Positions 18,143-27,772 of a stretch of DNA of 64,000 nt are shown here, piece by piece. How positions within the stretch are numbered: the first letter of the stretch is position 1; each line of letters starts with the position of its first letter. Origin of the DNA: an uncultured Candidatus Saccharibacteria bacterium (lineage in GTDB: Bacteria; Patescibacteriota; Saccharimonadia; Saccharimonadales; Saccharimonadaceae); assembly GCA_947095985.1 (NCBI GenBank), contig CAMUPZ010000001.1, forward strand, positions 1,025 to 65,024. The letters run 5' to 3'. Under the pieces are notes generated by a model that did not search any database, had not been told where the DNA came from, and saw nothing but the letters and a program-made list of their open reading frames with translations. A program made the translations under genes and the position numbers.

Positions 18143-21100
18143 CCTATATCTTTCATTATTTTATCTGTCTCTAGTAAGATTTTAATAATGCGCTGATAGT
18201 GGTCGATATCGTTCGCAGTCAATACACGACCCCTTCTATCTTTGAGCCACTTTTGCGCCGGCTGATAGCCACCAATGTAAAAATTCCATGCCAGTTCTGG
18301 GATATTGCCAAAATACTGACTATTGTTAATAAAGACTTGGTCACCATCGCGCACCACTTTCTCCACTACGTTATCACCAATCTTAGGAAAAGTGGTATCA
18401 TAATCACCAATTTGTAACGCTTTCATTAAGTGTAATTGACGCAGCTGACCACCCAACTCTGCTTTGCGCCAAAATTCCGCCCATGACTCCGGTCGTGGCA
18501 CGCGTGGAAAATCAGTTTTTAAGAATTCTTTATATTTCTCGCGATAGCTTGGACTGTGTAGCGATGCATAAATATAGTCAAAAATATCTTCAGGGTAAAC
18601 TTTGCGCGACTCTTCAGTTGGCTGCTCAACTTCGGAGAATAATTGTTGTAATTTTTCGACATCAAAATTCGCCCGCCGACCATCTTCGCTTTCGAGGATA
18701 AAGAGCGGAAACTGACTAGATATCTCCGAGGTTTTATTAGATACATAGCTTGATTCCATAATAGCATCAGAAGCTAAAACATGATGAAAACCGTCATTAG
18801 TCTTCTGTTGGCGGCAGGCACCGATACTGATATTTTCATCCTGCTTTAGATAAAGCGGCGCCACCGATTCAATCCCTTGCATACCCGGGCGAGACCAGCT
18901 TCTTGACTCAGAAATCGAATCTATGGCAAAAACCGACGGCGAATCTTCACTTAAACCACGCTTAAAGATCATCGCGATATTCTCCTCGCGGCGCAATCGG
19001 TGTGTGTGTGTGTGTGTGTGTGGCTCGCTACGCTCGCCAATCATGTTCTTCATTACTTTTTCTCTGGACCTCTCAATTACACTAGCGTCATAATAAACAC
19101 ATCTTTTATCAAAAGGTCGGTAATTCATAGGAACGATATATTTCTCATCAAGTACAGCATTCTGCAAACGATCGTAAACTTTACCCCTAGAATAAGACTC
19201 TTTATATCTAGTTATTTTTCTTAATAAATTACTGCTGATTTCATCTACTAAGATATCATCCTTACCTGTCACAATCCCCACCGAATTCACAGGCATTAAC
19301 TCGTTCAACAGAATGCCCTTTTCATATTCCTCTTGGCCTTTCGTATCTTTTGCAACAAAATAAAGCATCTTTTGGTCAAGATTTATCTTTTTAAAAGTAA
19401 CTTCCGTACCTAATTGGTTAAACTTGTCTTGGCGCAGACCAAATATGTCTTGATAATAAACGTCAGCAAACTCGGCTTGTTTGGTATTGTTTTTAACCGC
19501 AATCATAATACTGACACCTTGCATAATATCAAAAACATTTTCGTCCTTACTGCCGTCTGGGGTCGTCTCTCGTTTTTTAGCATTACCGTGGAGATTCACC
19601 ACGAAAATCTTGTCAAAAGTTCTAGCCAAATGCCAGCGCATGCCGCGAAAAGTTGGATTGTCCAAAAACCCATTGTTAGTAATCATTCCTACAATACCAG
19701 AACCATTACGTTCAATCATATCTTCAGCAAAAGCAATAAATTTTACATAGTCATCATTAAGCCACTTAGGATTACGTTCTTTTAGTTTTTGCAATCCACC
19801 TGGCTCAACTTTGTATTTATTAACCAAGGAATTCGCATAATCAGTCTTGTTATTACTTTCGGCAGAATACGGTGGATTACCCATCACTACCATCACTGGC
19901 TTCTCACTCTTCACTTCAGCAGCCAAGCGCGACTCTTCGGTTACTGCCCCTGTCAGGCCAAGACTAAACAGATCTGGCTGTACTGGAATCCCCTCCTCTA
20001 GCGTATTGGTCAGAAAAACATTAAGACGAGTCTTTAGCTTATTGACACCAGTTTCGCGCAACATCATAGCTAGTTTCAGGTGCGCTACTGTATATGGCGC
20101 CATCATCAGCTCGAAGCCAAACAAACGCGGTATTAAATTATCGTTAGCGTAGCTTGGCCATAAGCCAGCTTGCCCACTTTGAAAGTTTTTTTCATAGATA
20201 TATCTGATGGTCTCATTCAGAAATGTCGCCGTACCAACTGCCGGATCAAGGATTTGCACTCGTGACTCTACAATGTCTCGCGTTAGACGATCCTTCCGCT
20301 CTCCTTTTTTACGCCATGGCTGCGTAGCAACCGTTCGCGTTATCGTATCGCTACTCGCAAGCCCCTTCGCAATCCTAAATTCAGTTTTAAGCAACTGGTC
20401 AATCTGTCGAACGATAAACCGAACTACTGGGGTTGGTGTATAGTAAGCACCCATCTTTTTACGTTCTAGGCTGTCATAGCTCTGTAGAAAATCCTCATAA
20501 AAGTGAATAATTGGATCTTTGGTATCACAAGCATTATTGTCTGCAATGCGTAGATGACGATGGACAATATTCCGTACATCACTGACGCTAAAAATTTCGC
20601 ATAACTCGTCAACAATTTTTGCAAGTCGCTTGTCAAAGCCCGTACCAGCGATATGATCGAAAAAATGACGCAGGAATGGATTGCTTGCTGGCACTAGATC
20701 ACGCGCCTCACTACGAGTAAAGTTTTCTGGCGTGTCGTCACCGTATCGCGCTACAAATAGTCCATATACCAATGTTTGAGCATACATATCGGCAAATTTC
20801 GTTTCATCAAGGTCATGCACAAGTAGCCGCTTCATCATTTCATAAATCTTTTCAAGTTCATGCGCTTCTACGTATTCGCTTTTGAGGTAGATCTCCACAT
20901 TATCACGAATACGCCGAGCCTTACCTCCCATAATCTGCGCAAGACGACGGCCACTTTTGATACTCTCTGGTGGCAAATCCAAAAATGCTTGTAGTTCACG
21001 TAACAAGCGCTCGCCGTTTTCGGGCTGAAGATGCAGTTTGCCTTGTTTTACACAACCAAGACTGACTGTCTCATATTTCTCACCATTCTTATAAAACCGA

Positions 21101-21414
21101 AACTCGAGATAATCTGTCAAAACAAGATTAGTATAGCCAGCATATCGCTCCATTTGGTTAGTTTTCTCAGTTTTATCAAGATTTACCGTGATGTCTTTTG
21201 CTTCAGCATAGCCACGAATAATTGAGTTGTTTGACTGCTTCAAGAAAATAAAGTCTGGTGCACCATGCTCTGAATGCTTTGGATCATTCACAGCGACCAC
21301 GTCATCAAAAGTCTCCATAAGGCGCTGCAAAGCAGGTCGATAAGCATGTTCTATGGCATGACCACTGTGAAATTGACGCTTTACTTCAGCAAGATAATCA
21401 TGTATTTGCTGCAT
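18139..21414 (-). CDS. Single-chain Type IIG / Type ISP-like restriction-modification enzyme (nuclease + N6-adenine MTase + TRD, no helicase)
   Basis: PD...EAK nuclease motif, GAYYTP, ILDPAVGT, GNPPY, YRPFD, DFPRVP and IGGYQPAQKWLKDR motifs. Confidence 0.92.
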   Translation of the reverse strand: MQQIHDYLAEVKRQFHSGHAIEHAYRPALQRLMETFDDVVAVNDPKHSEHGAPDFIFLKQSNNSIIRGYAEAKDITVNLDKTEKTNQMERYAGYTNLVLTDYLEFRFYKNGEKYETVSLGCVKQGKLHLQPENGERLLRELQAFLDLPPESIKSGRRLAQIMGGKARRIRDNVEIYLKSEYVEAHELEKIYEMMKRLLVHDLDETKFADMYAQTLVYGLFVARYGDDTPENFTRSEARDLVPASNPFLRHFFDHIAGTGFDKRLAKIVDELCEIFSVSDVRNIVHRHLRIADNNACDTKDPIIHFYEDFLQSYDSLERKKMGAYYTPTPVVRFIVRQIDQLLKTEFRIAKGLASSDTITRTVATQPWRKKGERKDRLTRDIVESRVQILDPAVGTATFLNETIRYIYEKNFQSGQAGLWPSYANDNLIPRLFGFELMMAPYTVAHLKLAMMLRETGVNKLKTRLNVFLTNTLEEGIPVQPDLFSLGLTGAVTEESRLAAEVKSEKPVMVVMGNPPYSAESNNKTDYANSLVNKYKVEPGGLQKLKERNPKWLNDDYVKFIAFAEDMIERNGSGIVGMITNNGFLDNPTFRGMRWHLARTFDKIFVVNLHGNAKKRETTPDGSKDENVFDIMQGVSIMIAVKNNTKQAEFADVYYQDIFGLRQDKFNQLGTEVTFKKINLDQKMLYFVAKDTKGQEEYEKGILLNELMPVNSVGIVTGKDDILVDEISSNLLRKITRYKESYSRGKVYDRLQNAVLDEKYIVPMNYRPFDKRCVYYDASVIERSREKVMKNMIGERSEPHTHTHTHRLRREENIAMIFKRGLSEDSPSVFAIDSISESRSWSRPGMQGIESVAPLYLKQDENISIGACRQQKTNDGFHHVLASDAIMESSYVSNKTSEISSQFPLFILESEDGRRANFDVEKLQQLFSEVEQPTEESRKVYPEDIFDYIYASLHSPSYREKYKEFLKTDFPRVPRPESWAEFWRKAELGGQLRQLHLMKALQIGDYDTTFPKIGDNVVEKVVRDGDQVFINNSQYFGNIPELAWNFYIGGYQPAQKWLKDRRGRVLTANDIDHYQRIIKILLETDKIMKDIG
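19001..19022. repeat. (TG)11 / (CA)11 simple sequence repeat inside the RM gene
   Basis: Read directly; encodes PHTHTHTH; currently in frame. Confidence 0.97.
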
Positions 21415-21418
21415 ACTA

Positions 21419-22846
21419 TTACCCTAAAAGCCTGTCCATACTTACTCTCCTCTGCTCCGTCGTATCCCGCTCACGAACAGTAACGGTGTCATCTTCCAGC
21501 GTCTGAAAATCGATAACCACACAGTGCGGGGTGCCGATTTCGTCTTGGCGGCGGTAGCGTTTGCCGATATTGCCGTTGTCGTCCCACATCACCCGGCCGG
21601 GGTTAATTTTGGCGAGGCTCGCGTAGACTTCACGGGCTTTTTTCACCAATTCTGGCTTGTTCTTGAGTAGTGGCGAGACGGCAAATTTGACTGGCGCTAA
21701 GTGCTCTGGCAACGCCAAATACACCCGCTTTTCACCGTTTTGCTCGTCCTCACGGTACGCACCCGACAACACCGCCATAAGTGCCCGCTCGACACCAAAC
21801 GACGGCTCGATGACGTGCGGAACAAATTTTGTGTTCGTCCCCTTGACGGTGTATTCCATGCTTTTGCCACTGACCCGTTGAATGTTCATCAGATCAAAAT
21901 CGGTCCGGTAGGCGATGCCCATCAACTCCTCGCGACCAATTGGATAATCGTACTCAATGTCGATCGTCTTTTTGCTATAGTGCGCCCGATCCTCCGCCGG
22001 CACGTCCAGCTCGTGGATGTGCTCTGGTTTCAAGCCCAGTTCTGCCAAAAACGCATGCGTCGCCGCCAGCAATTCATCAAACGCCTCCTGCCAATACTCA
22101 GGGTTGACGAAGTATTCAATCTCCATCTGCTCAAACTCCCGAGAACGGAAAACAAAATCTCGCGGCGCAATTTCATTGCGAAATGCCTTGCCCTGCTGAG
22201 CAATTCCAAACGGCAAGTCTGGATAAAAACTATCAACAACGTTTTTGAAATTGGTGAAGATTCCTTGGGCTGTTTCCGGGCGAAGATAACTTATAGAAGT
22301 TGGATTATATTGCAACGCATATATCGTCTTACCTTTTGGTACTATAGCCCCCTCTACGTCCTTACCTATTTCAATTGAATCTCCACCAGAAGGTCCAACA
22401 AAAGTTTTAAACATCATATTGAACATGCGCGATTTACTCAAAGGATTACCGTCGGGGCTTTTGATACCCTTCTCCGCAATCAACTTGTCCATTTGCTCCA
22501 TCGTCAAGCCATCCGCGTCAATTCCATTGTCTTTAAGGATATGATCCGTACGATAACGGCGGTGATTGACCGTATCTTCGCACAGCGGATCGACGAACGT
22601 ATCGACATGACCACTGGCCTGCCAGACTTTCTGATTCATCAAAATCGCCGCATCAATACCGTACATGTCGTCGCGCTCGTCAACAAACCGGCGCCACCAC
22701 AAATTCATGATATTACGCTTCAGCTGCACGCCCAGCGGACCGTAATCCCACGTACCGCTCAGGCCGCCATACACATCTGACCCCTGATAAATAAAGCCGC
22801 GACGCTTACACAGGCTGATAATATCTTCCATTTTTGCTTGACTCAT
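21419..22846 (-). CDS. glyQS: Glycine--tRNA ligase (homodimeric GlyQS type)
   Basis: CKRRGF, DYGPLG, YLRPETAQG, FRNEI, REFEQME, IEPSFG and IGKRYRRQDEIGTP motifs; start uncertain (22846-22885). Confidence 0.97.
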   Translation of the reverse strand: MSQAKMEDIISLCKRRGFIYQGSDVYGGLSGTWDYGPLGVQLKRNIMNLWWRRFVDERDDMYGIDAAILMNQKVWQASGHVDTFVDPLCEDTVNHRRYRTDHILKDNGIDADGLTMEQMDKLIAEKGIKSPDGNPLSKSRMFNMMFKTFVGPSGGDSIEIGKDVEGAIVPKGKTIYALQYNPTSISYLRPETAQGIFTNFKNVVDSFYPDLPFGIAQQGKAFRNEIAPRDFVFRSREFEQMEIEYFVNPEYWQEAFDELLAATHAFLAELGLKPEHIHELDVPAEDRAHYSKKTIDIEYDYPIGREELMGIAYRTDFDLMNIQRVSGKSMEYTVKGTNTKFVPHVIEPSFGVERALMAVLSGAYREDEQNGEKRVYLALPEHLAPVKFAVSPLLKNKPELVKKAREVYASLAKINPGRVMWDDNGNIGKRYRRQDEIGTPHCVVIDFQTLEDDTVTVRERDTTEQRRVSMDRLLG

Positions 22847-22922
22847 CAAAAAACCTTTCTCCATGTTGGCAACATGGCGATTCACAATTATTACCTACAG
22901 TATACCATTTTTGACGGTAATA

Positions 22923-23600
22923 TTACACCGCCGCGTGTTGCCGCACTGCCAGCCAGCAATCATTGACCACCTCAGTTATCCCGCCAATTTGCGCCACATT
23001 CGCTAGCGGTTTCGCTTGAATGAGCCGAAGCAGCTTGATGGCGTCCGCCGACAAGTCGCCCTGCTCCGCTGGCCGCAAGCCCTTTTCTGTACTGTCGTAC
23101 ATATATTTTTTATCAGGCGACAACGCCTGAGCCGCCACATCGGTGCGCAGATTCAACTCATCGCCCAGCAGACTGGCATATTGCATATAAAACCAGGTTT
23201 CAATAAGCTTTTGGTTAACTACCGGATTATTTAATTGCTCTAGCACCTGACTTAGCACAAAATACCATTCCGGCTCGTCAATATTTTCACTCGCCGCCGA
23301 CACCAGCTTCATCGCCGCATAAGCAAATTGCATCCGCTCGTAATCTTCCAAAATATGCCGATAAAACGCCGCCAGCCGCGCCGAGGTCAACAATCCCAAA
23401 TCTCCGCGTCCGGAACGAATCACCACGTCACAAATCGCAAATAGTTCAATGCCGCCCGCCAGTTTCGACCGCTCGCGCCGCACACCCTTGGCAATGACAC
23501 TGCGCCGGCCTTTCGGCGTCAGTAGTTGCAATACTCGATCCGCCTCGGCGTAATTCGTCCGCCTCAGTACAATCGCTTTTAACCGCTCACTCTTTCCCAT
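22923..23600 (-). CDS. recO: DNA repair protein RecO
   Basis: AIVLRRTNYAEADR..LT..G..AKGVR..SKL N-terminal OB-fold pattern. Confidence 0.92.
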   Translation of the reverse strand: MGKSERLKAIVLRRTNYAEADRVLQLLTPKGRRSVIAKGVRRERSKLAGGIELFAICDVVIRSGRGDLGLLTSARLAAFYRHILEDYERMQFAYAAMKLVSAASENIDEPEWYFVLSQVLEQLNNPVVNQKLIETWFYMQYASLLGDELNLRTDVAAQALSPDKKYMYDSTEKGLRPAEQGDLSADAIKLLRLIQAKPLANVAQIGGITEVVNDCWLAVRQHAAV

Positions 23601-23955
23601 CCAAAACCTCGCTAAAAACTGCCCGCGCTTCATCCGGGTGCATTGACGCCTTATCCAGCAGCTCTCTCACGCCAAACGGCCGCAAATCCTCCAAATTAAC
23701 ATCCGCATTACTACAAACCACAATTGGTAATCTCGCCAAATCAGCATGCGACCTCAGTTCATTCAGCAGCGCCACCGCCGTTTCGCCCGCCAGCAGCATA
23801 TCCAAGACAATCGCTTCCGGCTGCCAATTGTCAATCATTTCCATCGCCTGACCGCCAGAAACCACCACCCGCGCTTCCGCGCCAACCGCCGCCGCATAGC
23901 TGCATAAAATATCCGCCCAATTTTTATCATCCTCGACAATCAGCAACTTTTTCAT
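23587..23955 (-). CDS. Single-domain response regulator
   Basis: LIVEDD, LDMLL and DK receiver motifs; ATGA overlap with the kinase stop. Confidence 0.88.
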   Translation of the reverse strand: MKKLLIVEDDKNWADILCSYAAAVGAEARVVVSGGQAMEMIDNWQPEAIVLDMLLAGETAVALLNELRSHADLARLPIVVCSNADVNLEDLRPFGVRELLDKASMHPDEARAVFSEVLDGKE

Positions 23956-24668
23956 AGCAAGCTCAGCTGCCAACTAATCGGCACTTCCACGTAAAATGTC
24001 AATCCGTCCCGATGCCTGATTAGCCCAATTTGGCCATTCATTGCCCGGGCAAATTGGCTAGCCACATAAATACCCAAGCCGCTACTTTCCGGCCGCGTCC
24101 GCACCGTTTTTCGCGCATCCATCTCATCAAGCAGCCGCCGATATTCCTTCAAACTCATCATCGGTCCAAAATCACGCACACTTAACCTCACCGCGCCACC
24201 AACAGCCTTAACCGACACTTTTATCTCTGAGTCGTCCTCGGTATATTTCAGAGCGTTGTTTAAAAAATTTGCCAAAATCCGCCCCAATAACGTCCGATTC
24301 GCCAATATCAATCGGCTATTGCGCCCGCTCCGAGGCCAGCTAATTTTCCGCCCATAAAGCACTGCATTAAATCGCGTTTCCGCGGCCATTTGCTGACATA
24401 TTGCCAACGGATTAACTGGCTCCAGCGGAAACAATGACGGTGTCAAATTTGCCGAATTTGCTAAGTCGACCGTTAACTGCAGTGCCTGCTCGGACGTCTG
24501 GACGATACGCTGCTGGATCTGTTTTTTATCAGCCTCACTCGTCAAATCATCGCCGAGCATTAGCGTCAATTGCCGTATTAAAGACAACGGCGTTTTTAGC
24601 TCATGCGCCGCCACCAAGACACTCGGCAGCCCTCCAAAATCAGCATCACTCCACTCTTTACCTGCCAT
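23952..24668 (-). CDS. Histidine kinase lacking sensor/TM domains
   Basis: H-box AHELKTPL near the N-terminus, N-box NFLNNALKY, DFG, GLG. Confidence 0.9.
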   Translation of the reverse strand: MAGKEWSDADFGGLPSVLVAAHELKTPLSLIRQLTLMLGDDLTSEADKKQIQQRIVQTSEQALQLTVDLANSANLTPSLFPLEPVNPLAICQQMAAETRFNAVLYGRKISWPRSGRNSRLILANRTLLGRILANFLNNALKYTEDDSEIKVSVKAVGGAVRLSVRDFGPMMSLKEYRRLLDEMDARKTVRTRPESSGLGIYVASQFARAMNGQIGLIRHRDGLTFYVEVPISWQLSLL

Positions 24669-24703
24669 ACATTTCTAGTATAGCAAAACTTGAGCCGGTT
24701 TTT

Positions 24704-25363
24704 CTATTCAGCAATTTTTACAGTGCCTAATATCGTCTGGAAATCTGGCTTGAATGTGTCCGCATCAGTTGAGAAGCGGATGGTCTTGTCACGGACCTTC
24801 ATCAACACGACAGATCCACGCAGCTCCTTCTCGAACGTACCATCAATGCGCGTAGCGGAGATTCCGTTAAACTCAGTGCTACTTGAGGTCAATTCACCCT
24901 TCTTTAGTCGTGATTGATACTCATTCAGCACCGTATCCATATTCTTGTTGATAATCTCCAGCCTTAATGCAAATCGACTATTTTTATTAGTTATCGAAGG
25001 AACTGAAACAGGGTGAAAATAAGCTTTGTAATCACCCCTGTCGCTGCCATCGTTTGCTATATACACACTCCAAGTTTTTGTATACATGAACGATACTCGA
25101 CCGTATTCAGTAGGACCAACAAATTCAACACGTAGATTCTTAGCTTCGTCTGAATACTTCCTCCAATCAAACTCAGCCTGCTCGCGCTTACCCTTGGCAA
25201 CCTCAATTGCCACTTTACTATCAACATTGCTTTTTTCATGGGAATATTGCATGTACGCCCAAATAGCCAGTGAACCAGCAATTAAAAATAATATCAAACA
25301 GCCGATTGTACCGACCATCCAGCCGTTAACTGAGCCGCGCTCTTTTTTATCTCTTTTCATCAT
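24704..25363 (-). CDS. Membrane-anchored protein with pilin-like N-terminus
   Basis: Basic leader ending KKERG, then a hydrophobic helix and a beta-rich soluble domain. Confidence 0.6.
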   Translation of the reverse strand: MMKRDKKERGSVNGWMVGTIGCLILFLIAGSLAIWAYMQYSHEKSNVDSKVAIEVAKGKREQAEFDWRKYSDEAKNLRVEFVGPTEYGRVSFMYTKTWSVYIANDGSDRGDYKAYFHPVSVPSITNKNSRFALRLEIINKNMDTVLNEYQSRLKKGELTSSSTEFNGISATRIDGTFEKELRGSVVLMKVRDKTIRFSTDADTFKPDFQTILGTVKIAE

Positions 25364-25404
25364 ATTTTAGAGTATAGCTTATGCTTTAAGTGATGTAAAG
25401 CACT

Positions 25405-25614
25405 CTATTCTACGCTAAAATCTTCCCCAAGCACTTCAATATCATGTCGCATATCTTCTAACGTAGACGTAATTTTCTTTGACAGCTCTCGAGCCTCAAT
25501 AAACTTCTGCTTAGCTTCATCCAAATTAAAATCATCGCTCCGAAACCACGCAATTCGCTCGTTTAACTCTGTCATCATCTGCTCAATTGTCATTTCGTCG
25601 TTCACTATCTTCAA
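25405..25614 (-). CDS. xseB: Exodeoxyribonuclease VII small subunit
   Basis: Short helical ORF directly after xseA with an LDEA...F pattern; start uncertain. Confidence 0.8.
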   Translation of the reverse strand: MKIVNDEMTIEQMMTELNERIAWFRSDDFNLDEAKQKFIEARELSKKITSTLEDMRHDIEVLGEDFSVE

Positions 25615-26683
25615 TCCTCGCTTTCATAATTATATCCTTTGTTGTAATCTTAACAATACTACCAACCTGTAAATCACCGCTAATCATAGCGTAGCCCCTC
25701 TGTAACGCCATTTCTGGATCGTATTCAGCAATAATTTTTTGTTGCGACAATGTTGCATTTATAGCATCCCTGACCTGACTTGACCACTGCTCAAGCGCGT
25801 CTTTTTGCAACATTGTTGCTCTAAGTATCTGCTCGTCAATAGCTCTCTTAATTTCATCTTTTACACCAATTAACCGAAAATGTAGATGCCCGACTAATTC
25901 ATGTTTATCTGGAAATAGCAGCTGAGCAACATTACTAGGTGTTGCACCTCGCACATCCGCCGCCAGATCACATAAACTTTCATCAATCTCGTGCCCAATG
26001 CCGGTTATTATGGGCACGCGACTACCTGCTACCACTCTAACTAGCTGTTCATCATTAAAGCTTGCCAAGTCCTCAGCACTACCGCCACCACGAATTAAAG
26101 CAATTACCTCTGGCGGTTCTGCCATTTGATTGAAATATGAAATTGCCCGTATAATCTGATCTGCCGCGCCGTCACCCTGAACATTAACATTAGCGACAAT
26201 AAATTTCACACCGCCCCAACGATCTCGAGAGATTTTCATAAAGTCCGCGTAACCTGCCGCCTTTGTACTAGAAATAACAGCCACCCGCTGTGGATACCGT
26301 GGTAGCGACCGTTTACGATTAACGTCAAATAGTCCTTCGGTAGCCAATTTCTGCTTCAGAATGTCGAAACTCCGTTTTAGATTACCCTCGCCTAGTGGAA
26401 AAACTTTCTGAACTTGCAAATTAAACTTACCGTCGTCCCTCAGGCTTGGCGTCGCCCGGACCACCACTTTCATACCATCCTCGATTGGCGTCCGCAAATT
26501 ACCAAACCCTACAAAACAATTAACCGATCCTTCCTCATCCTTCAGAGTAAAAAAGGCATATTTTGGCGGGTACGACTTAAAGCTGGCAACCTCACCCTCA
26601 ACTTCAACCGCGCCAGCAAAAACAGCCTCAAAAGTCTGATTAACGACCGCCAGGAAATTACTAACGCTAAACCTGGGAGTCAT
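25583..26683 (-). CDS. xseA: Exodeoxyribonuclease VII large subunit
   Basis: EGEV, FFTLKD, RGGGSAEDL, GIGHEID and ATPS motifs. Confidence 0.95.
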   Translation of the reverse strand: MTPRFSVSNFLAVVNQTFEAVFAGAVEVEGEVASFKSYPPKYAFFTLKDEEGSVNCFVGFGNLRTPIEDGMKVVVRATPSLRDDGKFNLQVQKVFPLGEGNLKRSFDILKQKLATEGLFDVNRKRSLPRYPQRVAVISSTKAAGYADFMKISRDRWGGVKFIVANVNVQGDGAADQIIRAISYFNQMAEPPEVIALIRGGGSAEDLASFNDEQLVRVVAGSRVPIITGIGHEIDESLCDLAADVRGATPSNVAQLLFPDKHELVGHLHFRLIGVKDEIKRAIDEQILRATMLQKDALEQWSSQVRDAINATLSQQKIIAEYDPEMALQRGYAMISGDLQVGSIVKITTKDIIMKARIEDSERRNDN

Positions 26684-27734
26684 TTGGCTTGCCATATTTA
26701 ATCAATGCGTGCTGGTAAAAAATATAGCCAAAGATAATAGTGCCGGTTAGTAAAATTGCCCTCGTTAAAATAATTCCAGCAATTGCTAAGTCCGGTGGCG
26801 TGCCTGCCATGCTTAAGAATATGATCATGATTGTCTCGTAAACCCCCGTACCACCGGGCGTAAATACAAAAAGTGCCGCTAATCCCGCAACTCCATAGCC
26901 CACCATTAAGATTGCTGGATTAACAAAAACCCCTAGCGACATAAACGCTACTGTAAACATTGCCACGTCAAAGGCTGTATAGACAATCCCCCATATCATA
27001 GGTTTCCTTAGCAGCTTTGGATGATTCGCCAAATCCTGGAAATCATCTTGCATGTCAACAAAGAAGTCCTCCACCTTCTGAGCATTCATAATCCGTCGTT
27101 TTTTACCGAAAGTCACATATTTTACTAGTATATTAATAAACTTCGAGACACCTGCGGCCGTTGTCTGCATACGCCGCTTGGATGAAAATATAAATATTAA
27201 TCCAAAAGTCAGCGCCAGTACCATTATAATCAACAAAAAGCTCGCCGCTACAATATACCTATTGACCTTACCATCAACAGCCAGAGCCAGCACGGCAATC
27301 ACCAATAGGATCAAGAGAGATAAAAATCCTGTCACATAACGAATCACCTGGGCAAATGTCGAGCGCGCCGAACTCACCCCCAGCTTATGCATCCGCCATG
27401 TTGTATATGAAATTCCACTAACGCCCCCCGACGGAAAAATATGGTTAACCAGGTTCAATTCTAGGGCAATCCTTGTCTGTTCTAATCTGGAAATATGGTG
27501 AATCAGATTCTTATCCCTAAGATAAGAGAAGATCATTTCGCCACCAGCAAAATACACGATAATTTGAAATGGTAATAGTAAGAATAACAGCCATAAATCT
27601 GCGTTTAAAAATAGTCCCCACGCCTTTACCAGCTCATGTCGTGACAGGAAAACAACAATAGCTAAAACTGCCAACGTCAAAACGCTCATAATAGTTCGCG
27701 GCGACTTAAATAATTGCAAGACCTTAGGTAGCAT
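26667..27734 (-). CDS. Lysylphosphatidylglycerol synthase TM-like / flippase-like membrane protein (UPF0104)
   Basis: About 8 TM helices; PSGG and TPGGTGVYE motifs. Confidence 0.8.
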   Translation of the reverse strand: MLPKVLQLFKSPRTIMSVLTLAVLAIVVFLSRHELVKAWGLFLNADLWLLFLLLPFQIIVYFAGGEMIFSYLRDKNLIHHISRLEQTRIALELNLVNHIFPSGGVSGISYTTWRMHKLGVSSARSTFAQVIRYVTGFLSLLILLVIAVLALAVDGKVNRYIVAASFLLIIMVLALTFGLIFIFSSKRRMQTTAAGVSKFINILVKYVTFGKKRRIMNAQKVEDFFVDMQDDFQDLANHPKLLRKPMIWGIVYTAFDVAMFTVAFMSLGVFVNPAILMVGYGVAGLAALFVFTPGGTGVYETIMIIFLSMAGTPPDLAIAGIILTRAILLTGTIIFGYIFYQHALIKYGKPNDSQV

Positions 27735-27772
27735 AACCTTCATTATACCACGATAAATGGTATAATTACGAT

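Noticed and set aside
21701..22378. Long plus-strand ORFs antisense to core genes (here and throughout the ORF track)
   Set aside because: Shadow ORFs of well-supported minus-strand genes with no motifs or start signals
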